This document shows, one piece after another, positions 31,702 through 41,200 of a DNA stretch of 64,000 nt; the stretch's first letter is position 1, and each line of letters begins with the position of its first letter. Both the position numbers and the translations under genes were made by a program. The stretch is from a virus: positions 32,001 through 96,000 of the IMG/VR virus record IMGVR_UViG_3300047157_000068. One strand, 5' to 3'. The notes beneath the pieces are model-generated. The model searched no databases. It was not told where the DNA came from and saw only the letters and a program-made list of their open reading frames with translations.

Positions 31702-32299
31702 ATGCAAAATCAAGTAGAAGTCCTAGCGGATGACATGGGTAATGTTGTACGCTTAAGCAAAAACAATCCAGAGTATGGATTTATTAGATTAGGTCAAACA
31801 AGATCTATAATTACTAAAGATGGTTGGTTAGCGCCAAAGAATCTTACAACTTTAGTATTAGGTAAAGCAGAAGATTTAACAACTTATGCTAAAACTTTAG
31901 GTAAAACATTACCTGGTAAAATTGTAGTAATAGAATCATTAGAGCCTTTTAACTCTAAAGATCCAGACAGAGATTATAAATATGCAGGTCAAACTGGTAT
32001 TATATGCTGTCAAGACGGACAACCTATTTATAGGAAAACACAATACACTCTTGATCTAAATAAAGAGGATGTATTGGTAGAGCACACTAATGGTGATGCT
32101 ATCCGTGCTGCAAATGAAACTGCTTTTAACTTAGACAAAAAAACCTAAGAAAGCAACAACTGCAGAAGCATTTGGTTTGAAAACAGATGATGGTACACCA
32201 CCATTAGATGAAGTTGAAGACATGGATGTTGTTGAAGAAGAGGTAGTTGCTGAAACAGAAGAAGAACTAGTTGAAGAGGAAGAAACTTTTGAACTATAA
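31702..32299 (+). CDS. Putative ssDNA-binding protein with acidic tail (frameshift in poly-A near 32140)
   Basis: The shifted frame continues ...PLDEVEDMDVVEEEVVAETEEELVEEEETFEL*, then a terminator hairpin. Confidence 0.55.
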
Positions 32300-32312
32300 T
32301 TAAACAGTTATG

Positions 32313-32339
32313 AGGCTGGGGTGTAAAAACCTCAGCCTA
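32313..32339 (+). terminator. Hairpin / terminator
   Basis: aggctgggg...cctcagcct inverted repeat. Confidence 0.5.
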
Positions 32340-32386
32340 TATAACAAATCTCTTACTAAATTCATAACTAAATAAATCCAACAAAC

Positions 32387-32914
32387 ATGCTATCTAATGA
32401 ACAAATTTCAAAACTCAAACTCAATGAACAAAAAGAAATCTTAAGCAAACGTATTGAGCGTTATCAGTACTTAGGATTGTTAGATGAATATCAACTTCAT
32501 CCACCTTCAATTATTAACTCTTTTGAATACAGTAAACTTAATCCATATCAACATTTTTTGTTTAAACGTGTTTTACATGGTCTTAATGTTTATAAACCTG
32601 AAGAAGTTACTAAACTACACTGGGATAAGAAAAGACGCATTACAAAAGTTTGGAAACGTGGGCAAAGAGAAATCAATGCTTGGAAACAAACGCTTTGTAA
32701 TAAAAGAATTAATGCTTATCTTAGGAAAACATTTCCTCATAGCCCATTAGCTTTATTTATAGCTGATATTCCGGCTGAAGAAACGTTAGATGATTACAAA
32801 AACACAATGACTTTCAAAGACTTAGGTATATCTTATGAAGATATTATACTAAAGTTCATGTCTGTGGGTTTGTTACCTAATAATTTTTTTACTATTAAAT
32901 CAAATGGGAATTAA
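32387..32914 (+). CDS. Hypothetical protein
   Basis: 175-aa ORF. Confidence 0.6.
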   Translation: MLSNEQISKLKLNEQKEILSKRIERYQYLGLLDEYQLHPPSIINSFEYSKLNPYQHFLFKRVLHGLNVYKPEEVTKLHWDKKRRITKVWKRGQREINAWKQTLCNKRINAYLRKTFPHSPLALFIADIPAEETLDDYKNTMTFKDLGISYEDIILKFMSVGLLPNNFFTIKSNGN

Positions 32915-33173
32915 AAAAGTCTCAAGCAAAATGTCTAAATTAAATACTGCTTATAGCAAATTGCGTAGGCAGTATTTAACAGACAAACCAGTATGTCATG
33001 CAAAGATCCATAAGTGTTCTGTGCAAGCTACTGATGTCCATCATAAACATGGGCGTGGTGTATACTACTTAGATACATCTACATGGCTACCAGTGTGTAG
33101 GAATTGTCACATGTGGATAGAAGAACATCCAGAAGAATCTTATGAATTAGGATTTTCAGGCTCTAGAACATAA
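32904..33173 (+). CDS. HNH-like Zn endonuclease
   Basis: C......C...ATDVHH..GRG......WLPVCRNCH..I..HP motif. Confidence 0.7.
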   Translation: MGIKKVSSKMSKLNTAYSKLRRQYLTDKPVCHAKIHKCSVQATDVHHKHGRGVYYLDTSTWLPVCRNCHMWIEEHPEESYELGFSGSRT

Positions 33174-33179
33174 TTTTAT

Positions 33180-33256
33180 GGTCCTATAGCTCAACTGGAT
33201 AGAGCAACAGCCTTCTAAGCTGTAGGTTCTAGGTTCAAATCCTAGTGGGATCACCA
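33180..33256 (+). tRNA. tRNA-Arg(TCT)
   Basis: Full cloverleaf, anticodon loop CTTCTAA, encoded CCA. Confidence 0.95.
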
Positions 33257-33345
33257 GGCCGGATGATGGAATTGGTAGACATGACAGACTTAAAATCTGT
33301 TGAACTGGATAGTTCGTGTGGGTTCAAGTCCCACTCCGGCTACCA
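33257..33345 (+). tRNA. tRNA-Leu(TAA)
   Basis: Cloverleaf with long variable arm, anticodon loop CTTAAAA, encoded CCA. Confidence 0.93.
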
Positions 33346-33419
33346 GGACTCTTAGCTCAGTTGGTCAGAGCACTCCGCTCATAACGGATAGGTCACAGGT
33401 TCAAGTCCTGTAGGGTCCA
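33346..33419 (+). tRNA. tRNA-CAT, probably Ile2 (lysidine) rather than Met
   Basis: Cloverleaf with loop CTCATAA and a G1-C72 pair (so not an initiator); resembles bacterial Ile2; CCA incomplete. Confidence 0.85.
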
Positions 33420-33512
33420 CCTTTAACACCAAAGAGAAATGAAACAATATCAAAAAGACAGGCTAATTAGAATATTAGCTTGGACAATCGTACTATCAAT
33501 AACAATAATATT

Positions 33513-34638
33513 ATGGCAAATAATTCTGGGACAGCTGTTCCAACTAGAAACGTAGTTCAAGAAGATGCACTAGCAATAGCAGTGCAACATAAAAGGTGTG
33601 GCTTAGCCATATCTATGGGTGTAGGTAAAACTAGAATAGCAATACAGCACCTTCAAAGATACTATGATCAGTTCATACAAGTACTGGTAGTAGTTCCAAA
33701 ACATTCAGTAGCTCAATCATGGATTGATGAGTTAGGTAAAATGGGATTAGAATCTTTAGTTAAGCATATCACATTTACTACATACATCTCATTAAAAAAG
33801 AGAGAACCACAATAACTATGATATAGTATATTTAGATGAGTGTCATTCACTTAAATATGTTCATGAGTTATTTCTAGCTAGATTTACAGGTAGAATTCTT
33901 GGTCTTACTGGTACACCACCAAAAAACACAACCTCTGAAAAGGGAATGTTAGTACAAAAGTATTGTCCTATTAAATATACATTTACTACGGATGATGCAA
34001 CTGACTCTAAGATACTTAATGACTATAAGATCATTATACATCAGTTAGAATTGTCTAAGTTACCTTCTTTAAAGAAGAAAAACAAGGCAGGTGGATTCTG
34101 GTACACATCAGAGAAAAAAGATTATGATTATGTTACCAATAGACTAGCACAGGCTAATACTGACAAACAAATACAGTTTGGTAGAATTATGCGTATGAGA
34201 GCTCTAATGGATTACACTAGTAAAGAAGCATATGTAAAAGGTATACTTGGTAATGTAAGCAGTAAATGTATTGTATTTGCTAATACCCAAAAACAAGCAG
34301 ATAGAATGTGCAAGCATAGTTATCATTCTAAAAATCCTAAATCAGATGAGAACCTTGAGTTATTTTCTGATGGAAGGATAGATAAGCTATCCTGTGTGTT
34401 ACAGTTATCAGAAGGTGTTACAATACCAGGCCTCAAAGCAGGTATTATTATGCATGCATATGGTAATGAAAGAAAGACAGCACAAAGAATAGGAAGATTA
34501 CTCAGGTTAAATCCAACTGAGACAGCTACATGTCACATACTTATGTACACAGGTACACAAGATGAGAAATGGGTGGCTGATGCAGTTAAAGGATTTGATC
34601 AATCAAAAATTAAATATTATAATCCACTTAAAAAATAA
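33513..34638 (+). CDS. Superfamily II helicase (frameshift near 33812)
   Basis: GVGKT Walker A, YLDECH, GLTGT, LSEGV and QRIGRLLR motifs. Confidence 0.85.
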
Positions 34639-34642
34639 CATT

Positions 34643-34882
34643 ATGGGAAGAATGAAAGAGCTCTTTATTGAGCAACAAGAAGAACTAGAATACCGTGGTG
34701 CACATGATGCAATGATACACAGTTATGCTAGAAAAGCAATAGAAGAATATATAGAAGAAGGTGATACACCTTGTCCTAACTGTAATATGCCAACTTTGTT
34801 ACGCAATGAATCAAACGCCAAGTGCACTGAGTGTGGGCAAGAGTTTGTTTATGTTGACGGAGGAGCACTAAGATTTTTGTGA
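34643..34882 (+). CDS. Zn-ribbon protein
   Basis: CPNC...CTEC; probable start MGRMKELF. Confidence 0.6.
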   Translation: MGRMKELFIEQQEELEYRGAHDAMIHSYARKAIEEYIEEGDTPCPNCNMPTLLRNESNAKCTECGQEFVYVDGGALRFL

Positions 34883-34883
34883 T

Positions 34884-35126
34884 ATGGAATTTATAACAAA
34901 CACAGGAGAAACAGTAGAAGTAGAATATACTTATGATCCAGGAGAACCAGACCAATGGTATGATTCTAATGGAGATCCAGGTACACCAGGTTATGGACCA
35001 TCAGCAGATATAAAGCATGTTTGGTACACTAACACGGATACTAATGGTAATGAAGTTACCATAGATGTACAACACTTATTAGAAGAAGACATAGAAGAAA
35101 AAATACTAGAATATCATGAAGAATAA
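34884..35126 (+). CDS. Acidic hypothetical protein
   Basis: 80-aa ORF coupled to its neighbours. Confidence 0.55.
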   Translation: MEFITNTGETVEVEYTYDPGEPDQWYDSNGDPGTPGYGPSADIKHVWYTNTDTNGNEVTIDVQHLLEEDIEEKILEYHEE

Positions 35127-35522
35127 TCTAAAAACCAAATTTATAGGAAATACATATATATTAGACAATGGCAGATGGGTCAATGTCTATGGAATGGATT
35201 TAGATCCACATGATCCTAATTATTTATTATTTACACCTAAAAAATCAAAATCAGATGAAAAAGATAACAAAAACATATTAATTTATTCCTCTGCTATAAA
35301 AGCAATGTCTCATTTAGATAAGGTAGACATACATCCTGGCAAGTAGCCAAAGAAACTTAGATGCAGCATATGAAAGACTAGTTGATATAAAAACTATATC
35401 TCAAATAGCTGTAGATGAAAGTCTATTGATGAAAAAATGTCTGTCTATAAACCAAAGAAAGCAAGACAGTACAGAAGTAACCAAGGAAGATCACCTGAAA
35501 AAATGGAAAAGATTTATAAAGG

Positions 35523-35987
35523 TTGCTTTTGGGTAACACTAGTAGGTCTATTACTGATACTAGTGTTTTTGCTGCAGGGATATATAATGACAGCAACTCT
35601 TTTATGAAAGATAACTTATATATAAAAGCATCAGTCAAAGACGGTCAACTACATTTTCCTATTAAAGCAATGGGTACTAAATATAGAAAGTTCTTTGAAC
35701 AATTAGAAGATGGTTCTAGACTGGAGATATTTGTTGGTGTGAGTGGTGCTAAGGGTAGTAACCCACAATTAGCACGCTTACATGCAATGATTAGAGAAAT
35801 AGCACAAGAAATTGGCTACACTTTTGAAGAAGCCAAGATACAAGTAAAAAGATCCGCAGGATTATGTTTTGTAAAAGACAAACAAGAGTATTGTAAATCT
35901 TTTGCAGACTGTGATAAAGATGAATTGAATTTAGCAATACAATCATGTATAGAAATAGGAGACTTTAATGGTATGCAGTTACGCTAA
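35523..35987 (+). CDS. NinB/YbcN-like hypothetical protein
   Basis: SNPQLARLHAMIREIAQEIG...SFADCDKDEL resembles NinB-like proteins; the real start is probably MKDNLYI. Confidence 0.45.
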   Translation: MLLGNTSRSITDTSVFAAGIYNDSNSFMKDNLYIKASVKDGQLHFPIKAMGTKYRKFFEQLEDGSRLEIFVGVSGAKGSNPQLARLHAMIREIAQEIGYTFEEAKIQVKRSAGLCFVKDKQEYCKSFADCDKDELNLAIQSCIEIGDFNGMQLR

Positions 35988-36404
35988 AGTAATTTTACTT
36001 TGTATTTCTTTTAGCTTAGCTTCTGCTTCTTCACTACCCTCCATCATTAATGCAGTAGCTTCTCTAAGATCTGCTTGAGTAGCTGTAGTTTTAGTAGGCT
36101 TGTTTAGTTTTTGATCATAAGCTCCTACTTTTATTGTTTGTAATAATGAGAAAAGAGTATAAACTTGTTTTTCCCAATTATCAAGAGTGACACCTTCCAT
36201 TGGATTAGTTCCATTACGGTGTTGTTCTGTGATTTTATCAAACTTTGCAAAAGTTTCACCTACAGTATCAAGCTTTTGATCTTTGTGTATCATATCAGTA
36301 ATAATGTTTTGTAATGAAACAATATATACTGTAGATAATTCAATATTTTTGACTACATCTTTGTAGTCCCACTGATCATAAGTTAAAAGCTTTTCACTTG
36401 CCAT
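35979..36404 (-). CDS. Hypothetical protein on the opposite strand inside the replication block
   Basis: Starts MASEKLL and has its own GTATATTTG promoter at 36423-36431. Confidence 0.65.
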   Translation of the reverse strand: MASEKLLTYDQWDYKDVVKNIELSTVYIVSLQNIITDMIHKDQKLDTVGETFAKFDKITEQHRNGTNPMEGVTLDNWEKQVYTLFSLLQTIKVGAYDQKLNKPTKTTATQADLREATALMMEGSEEAEAKLKEIQSKITLA

Positions 36405-36448
36405 AATAATTAATTTAGATAACAAATATACTATAATTTACTAAAAAA

Positions 36449-37159
36449 ATGGAAATAAACATCAATACATTAAGAGATAATTTAAATGATAAACTAGAAC
36501 AGAGCGGTTGGAGCCGCATGCTTTCACCTTATGTTAATGGTTTAAGCTTTGATCATATAATGAATACACTAATTGAAAACGTTGAGCAAGGCAAGCGCTT
36601 TACTCCAAGATTTAAAGATGTGTTTAATGGCTTTTATGAATGTCCTTATGATGATATGAAAGTTGTTATAGTGGGTCAAGATCCTTATCCACAACTAGGT
36701 GTAGCTGACGGAATTGCATTTAGCTGCAGTAGAAAAGGTAAAGCTGAAAAGTCTTTACAATATATATTAAAGCAAACAATTGGTGGATATGAGCAAACAG
36801 GTAGAGTTATGTATACACCAGAAGAATGTGATTTAAGACGTTGGTCTAACCAGGGCGTGTTATTAATTAATACAGCATTTACATGTGAGATAAATAAAAT
36901 TGGTTCTCACTATGCCATATGGAAAAGCTTTACTGAATATATTTTTGATAATATAAATAGACACAATAAAGATACTGTGTTTATACTTATGGGTAAGAAA
37001 GCAGAACAATGGCAAACATTAATTCCAAACTGTAAAATTTTAAAATGTCCTCACCCTGCATCAGCTGCATATAGAGGTGGAGAATGGGACTGTAATGACG
37101 TTTTCAACAAGGCTAATCAAGAATTAGAAAAGCTAGAGAAAACTTGTATAGAATGGTAA
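36449..37159 (+). CDS. ung: Uracil-DNA glycosylase (family 1)
   Basis: VVIVGQDPYP, GIAFS, QGVLLIN and HPAS motifs. Confidence 0.92.
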   Translation: MEININTLRDNLNDKLEQSGWSRMLSPYVNGLSFDHIMNTLIENVEQGKRFTPRFKDVFNGFYECPYDDMKVVIVGQDPYPQLGVADGIAFSCSRKGKAEKSLQYILKQTIGGYEQTGRVMYTPEECDLRRWSNQGVLLINTAFTCEINKIGSHYAIWKSFTEYIFDNINRHNKDTVFILMGKKAEQWQTLIPNCKILKCPHPASAAYRGGEWDCNDVFNKANQELEKLEKTCIEW

Positions 37160-37196
37160 ATTTTATTACCTTTGATAACCTTAAATTATAATATAA

Positions 37197-37729
37197 ATGG
37201 CTAATAACCAGGAACTTAACAAGAAGCAAGAGCTATTGATGAATTTAAAAAATCTTTTTACACAACATATGGTGTAAAATTGTATATTTACACTCCTGAA
37301 GAAAAAGAATGAAAGAATTCCTTAGGTATATTTCATGATAGCTGCATTAGCAGCTCTACATGAAATGAACCAAAATTATAGTAGAGTTAAAAATCTACAA
37401 CATAGAACTAGATTCAGAGATTATCTTGTATATGTACAAGTTATGTCTTACTTAGCTCATAAAGAAGGGTCATAGTAAAACTAGTATAGGTAAATTTTTA
37501 AAACGCAACCATGCTACTGTTATTAATTCATGTAAAATGATTGACAATGGTTTTTTCAGCAATGATAAAAAAGTATATGGATGCTCATAATAACACTTTA
37601 AAACACTTAGAAAAATATGTGGGAACTATTTCAGAAGATACTGAAAGCAAACTTGACTCCAAACCAGAGCTTGATCCTATTTGGTATGAAGCAAAAAATC
37701 TCCTTACCAGAGGCAGTAGCAAAGGATAG
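37197..37729 (+). CDS. Protein with a DnaA domain IV-like HTH (frameshifted)
   Basis: MSYLAHKEGHSKTSIGKFLKRNHATVINSCK matches the DnaA C-terminal signature (IG..F.RDHTTV). Confidence 0.55.
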
Positions 37730-38211
37730 AGATGCTTTTAGTAAAAAGCAAAGGTTTTCTAGAATTAAAAGATGACCAATATATAATGACAGATAAAGCC
37801 AAAGCAATTTGTGCTACTCTAGATAGTTATTTTATTAAAGCTAAGAAAAAGACTGATATTCAATTAATGGGTAAAGACTTTGTAGAAAGAATAAATGGCT
37901 ATAGAGAAGTATTTCCTGCTAAAAAATTACCAAGCGGTAAACCAGCAAGAAATAATGTCAAAGCTTTAGGAGAAGCATTTAGATGGTTCTTTGAAACATA
38001 TGATCATACATGGGATGAAGTACAAAAAGCAACTAAGATGTATGTAAATGAGTATAGAGATGCAGAGTATATGTACATGCAAACAAGTCAATACTTTATA
38101 TGTAAGCAAGATAAGCATAGGGTCAAACATTCTACTTTAGCTGACTACTGTGATATGATAGTAGAAGGTGTAAGTACAGAAGAAGATCACTTTAAAGAAA
38201 ACGTAGTATAA
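37617..38211 (+). CDS. Replication-associated hypothetical protein (frameshift near 37735)
   Basis: MWELFQKILKANLTPNQ... joins 37732..38211; directly upstream of DnaB. Confidence 0.5.
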
Positions 38212-38228
38212 CTAATTAAATAAATAAT

Positions 38229-39185
38229 ATGGGTAAACCAACACCAGCATGGGTGGGCCAGTACACAGCCTTCAATGATGCACTAAAATATATGTATGCT
38301 AGGTCAACAGGAGAAGAGAAATCTATTTACACTCCTTGGCCTAAGTTTAATGATGCAGCTACTGATGGCTTAGAATGGAACACACTAACTGTTATTGGTG
38401 GTAGACCTGGTTCAGGTAAAACTCTGATTAAAGATCAGATTATACGTGAGTCTTTTATGCTTAATCCTAATGATGAATTTAGAGTTCTTGAATTTCAATT
38501 TGAGATGGTTGGTAGAACATCAGCTATTAGAGAATTTAGTTCTATAACCGGTAAAACATATAAAGAATTATGTAGTGCTGGATCTGTCTTAAGTACTGAA
38601 GCATTAAACACATGTCATCAGTATGCTAAAGAAAGAGTAAAGTATCCTGTAGATATTATATCAACACCCTTGACTGTAAATCAAATGCGTGATCAAATTG
38701 ATCAGTATATGACTAAACATCAAGGTAAGAAAACTATAATTACACTAGATCATACAATGCTTGTAAAGAGAGCGCCTTATCAAAACAATTCATTAGATAT
38801 GTTATTTGAATTAGGTGAATTCTTTACTCAATGTAAAAGAGATTATCCTTGTTTATTTATTGCACTGTCACAACTTAATAGAAATATTGATAACCCTGAC
38901 AGAGCAATTGATGGTAAGTATGGTAATTATATTCTTGAGTCAGATATATTTGGATCAGATGCTATGCTACAGCATGCAGATATGTTGATTGGTATTAACC
39001 GGCCAGCTAAACAAAAGATTAGGTTCTATGGACCTGATAGATATATAATAGAAAATGATAGGACATTGGTATTGCATTTCTTAAAAGCAAGAAATGGTGA
39101 TGCAAGAATGAGTTTTTTCAAAGCAGAGTTTGAAAAGATGCAGATTGCAGAAATGCCTACTCCTGGACAACAAGAACGCAGATGA
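38229..39185 (+). CDS. dnaB: DnaB-like replicative helicase (C-terminal RecA-type domain)
   Basis: GGRPGSGKT, FEM, LDH, ALSQLNR and LKARNG motifs. Confidence 0.9.
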   Translation: MGKPTPAWVGQYTAFNDALKYMYARSTGEEKSIYTPWPKFNDAATDGLEWNTLTVIGGRPGSGKTLIKDQIIRESFMLNPNDEFRVLEFQFEMVGRTSAIREFSSITGKTYKELCSAGSVLSTEALNTCHQYAKERVKYPVDIISTPLTVNQMRDQIDQYMTKHQGKKTIITLDHTMLVKRAPYQNNSLDMLFELGEFFTQCKRDYPCLFIALSQLNRNIDNPDRAIDGKYGNYILESDIFGSDAMLQHADMLIGINRPAKQKIRFYGPDRYIIENDRTLVLHFLKARNGDARMSFFKAEFEKMQIAEMPTPGQQERR

Positions 39186-39745
39186 TAAGCACTAAAAAAT
39201 TAAATACAGAAATTATGGGATTAACTCCTGAGCAACGTAAGCAAAAAGTAAATAAATTAAGAGAAGAGCATGAAGATTACTTTCAAACAATGGGTAATCT
39301 AAATGCACTGTATATACCAAAGATGGCTTATAGGCCTAAAGGTAAAGATGAATTATATGTATCATTCTTTCCTAGTGAACTAGAGAAAGATAAAGATATA
39401 TATACAGAGTTTGTTAGTATTGACTATGATTCTGAAGACCCAAAGAGAACATTATATCTACATAGATCTAATCCTCATTGGAAATCAGAGTATGAGTTGG
39501 TTACTTCTAGCTCAGGATTTCAAAGACATCTTATACCTGTAAGTGAATTAAAAGTTATTAATGATATAACTTCTAGGGGAAAATCTATTATAGAGGAACC
39601 TAAATTTGTAGCAGATATAGGTAAAACATTATTTGATTTACCAAATCCAGATGCAGGATCAAACACTGATCTTGTAGATAAGCTTGAAGAAATCAATCAA
39701 ACATTAATCACATTAACCAAAGTAATCAATAAATTCAATAAATAA
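39182..39745 (+). CDS. Hypothetical protein
   Basis: 187-aa ORF coupled to DnaB. Confidence 0.6.
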   Translation: MISTKKLNTEIMGLTPEQRKQKVNKLREEHEDYFQTMGNLNALYIPKMAYRPKGKDELYVSFFPSELEKDKDIYTEFVSIDYDSEDPKRTLYLHRSNPHWKSEYELVTSSSGFQRHLIPVSELKVINDITSRGKSIIEEPKFVADIGKTLFDLPNPDAGSNTDLVDKLEEINQTLITLTKVINKFNK

Positions 39746-39748
39746 ATC

Positions 39749-40432
39749 ATGGCAAACAGCGTATTAGTAATTGCTGATTCAGGTACAGGAAAGTCTACCT
39801 CAATCAGAACATTAGATCCCAAAGAGACTTTCATTATAAACATAGCAAATAAACCTCTACCTTTTAAGGGTTGGAAGAGTAAGTATACTCAGATAACTAA
39901 AGATAATCCTAAAGGTAATCTTACCTCAGCTGCTACAGCTCCTGGTATTATTAAGGCAATGCGTCATGTAAATGATAAAATGGGCCATATCAAAACTATT
40001 GTTGTTGATGATTGGCAATATATGAGTTCTTTTGAATATTTTGATAGAGCTAATGAAAAAGGATATGAAAAGTTTACTCAGATTGCAGCTAACCTAGCAC
40101 AAGTTGCTAAGTTACCTAAAGATCTAAGAGATGACTTGACTATTATTTTTCTAACTCACTCAGAAGATTCAACTGATATAAATGGGAATAGAAAGATCAA
40201 AGCTAAGACTGTTGGTAAAATGATTGACAACACACTAACTTTGGAAGGCTTATTCTCAATTGTTTTATTTGGAAAAGTAAATAAAAATGATGATGGTGAA
40301 CTTGAATATGGTTTTGAAACTCAAAACAATGGAGAGAACACATGTAAATCACCAATGGGTATGTTTGAAGATAAATTTATCAAAAATGACCTACAATTTG
40401 TAACCAGTTGTATTGAAGAATACAACAAATAA
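39749..40432 (+). CDS. AAA_24 / Sak4-like ATPase
   Basis: ADSGTGKSTSIR, IINIANKPLPF, VVDDWQY and KSPMGMF motifs. Confidence 0.85.
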   Translation: MANSVLVIADSGTGKSTSIRTLDPKETFIINIANKPLPFKGWKSKYTQITKDNPKGNLTSAATAPGIIKAMRHVNDKMGHIKTIVVDDWQYMSSFEYFDRANEKGYEKFTQIAANLAQVAKLPKDLRDDLTIIFLTHSEDSTDINGNRKIKAKTVGKMIDNTLTLEGLFSIVLFGKVNKNDDGELEYGFETQNNGENTCKSPMGMFEDKFIKNDLQFVTSCIEEYNK

Positions 40433-40457
40433 TTAATAATTAATAAAAATCAAAATT

Positions 40458-41132
40458 ATGTTAAGTACTAAAGACATGTCTGCCGGATCAGGTGGAACTA
40501 AACCAGTAATTGGAACAGGTAATCAAAAAGTAATGATCAATTCAATAACATTTGATCAAACACCATATGATGTAAATGCATATAATATTACATTACATGT
40601 AGAAAGTGAGCCTATTGAAGGAGAGTTTAATGGCTTTCTTAAAGATGTAAATAATCCTAATGGTGAGCGTTATGCAGGCCAAGTAGGTAGAGTAAGATTT
40701 TCTCCATATCCATTTAAAGATGCTACATTGGCAAATGGTAATGAGATTAACCGTGATACTGAAGTATTGAAAGCAATGGTTTTCTTATCTGAAGTTGTTG
40801 GTAAGAGAGATGAGCTTGATGCTATTGAGGCAGGAACAATTGAAGACTTTATGATTAAAGCTGCAAAGATTTGTTCTGGTACAGGTTACATCAACGCTTG
40901 CTTAGGTGCACGTGAGTGGGAAAATAGAGAAGGTTATGTTAACAATGATCTATTCTTACCAAAGAGAAACAGAATGGGTGTTCCTTTAGAAGCACTAGAA
41001 ACAGAGAACTCTAATCTTGTACAATTTGATAAGAATGATACCAATCATTTCAGACCATTTGTAAAGAAAGATGCAGCTCCTGCTAATAACTTTGAACCAG
41101 CTCCTACTGCAGGATCTGATTTTGAACTTTAA
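40458..41132 (+). CDS. Putative ssDNA-binding protein
   Basis: Follows the Sak4-like ATPase; flexible tail ending SDFEL; terminator downstream. Confidence 0.5.
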   Translation: MLSTKDMSAGSGGTKPVIGTGNQKVMINSITFDQTPYDVNAYNITLHVESEPIEGEFNGFLKDVNNPNGERYAGQVGRVRFSPYPFKDATLANGNEINRDTEVLKAMVFLSEVVGKRDELDAIEAGTIEDFMIKAAKICSGTGYINACLGAREWENREGYVNNDLFLPKRNRMGVPLEALETENSNLVQFDKNDTNHFRPFVKKDAAPANNFEPAPTAGSDFEL

Positions 41133-41150
41133 TATCTCCAATTAGAAAGT

Positions 41151-41185
41151 GTGGGCTCGGTATATTGCCGGGCCCATTTCTTTTT
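41151..41185 (+). terminator. Intrinsic terminator
   Basis: tgggctcgg...ccgggccca stem followed by tttcttttt. Confidence 0.7.
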
Positions 41186-41200
41186 AATATCTTTGGTTTT

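Noticed and set aside
32130-32150. Programmed frameshift at the A-run in the SSB-like gene
   Set aside because: It cannot be distinguished from the many homopolymer indels elsewhere, so sequencing error is more parsimonious.
33419-33480. tRNA-associated theta (HDV-like) ribozyme
   Set aside because: The sequence after the tRNAs is A-rich and runs into a small ORF, with no nested pseudoknot pattern.
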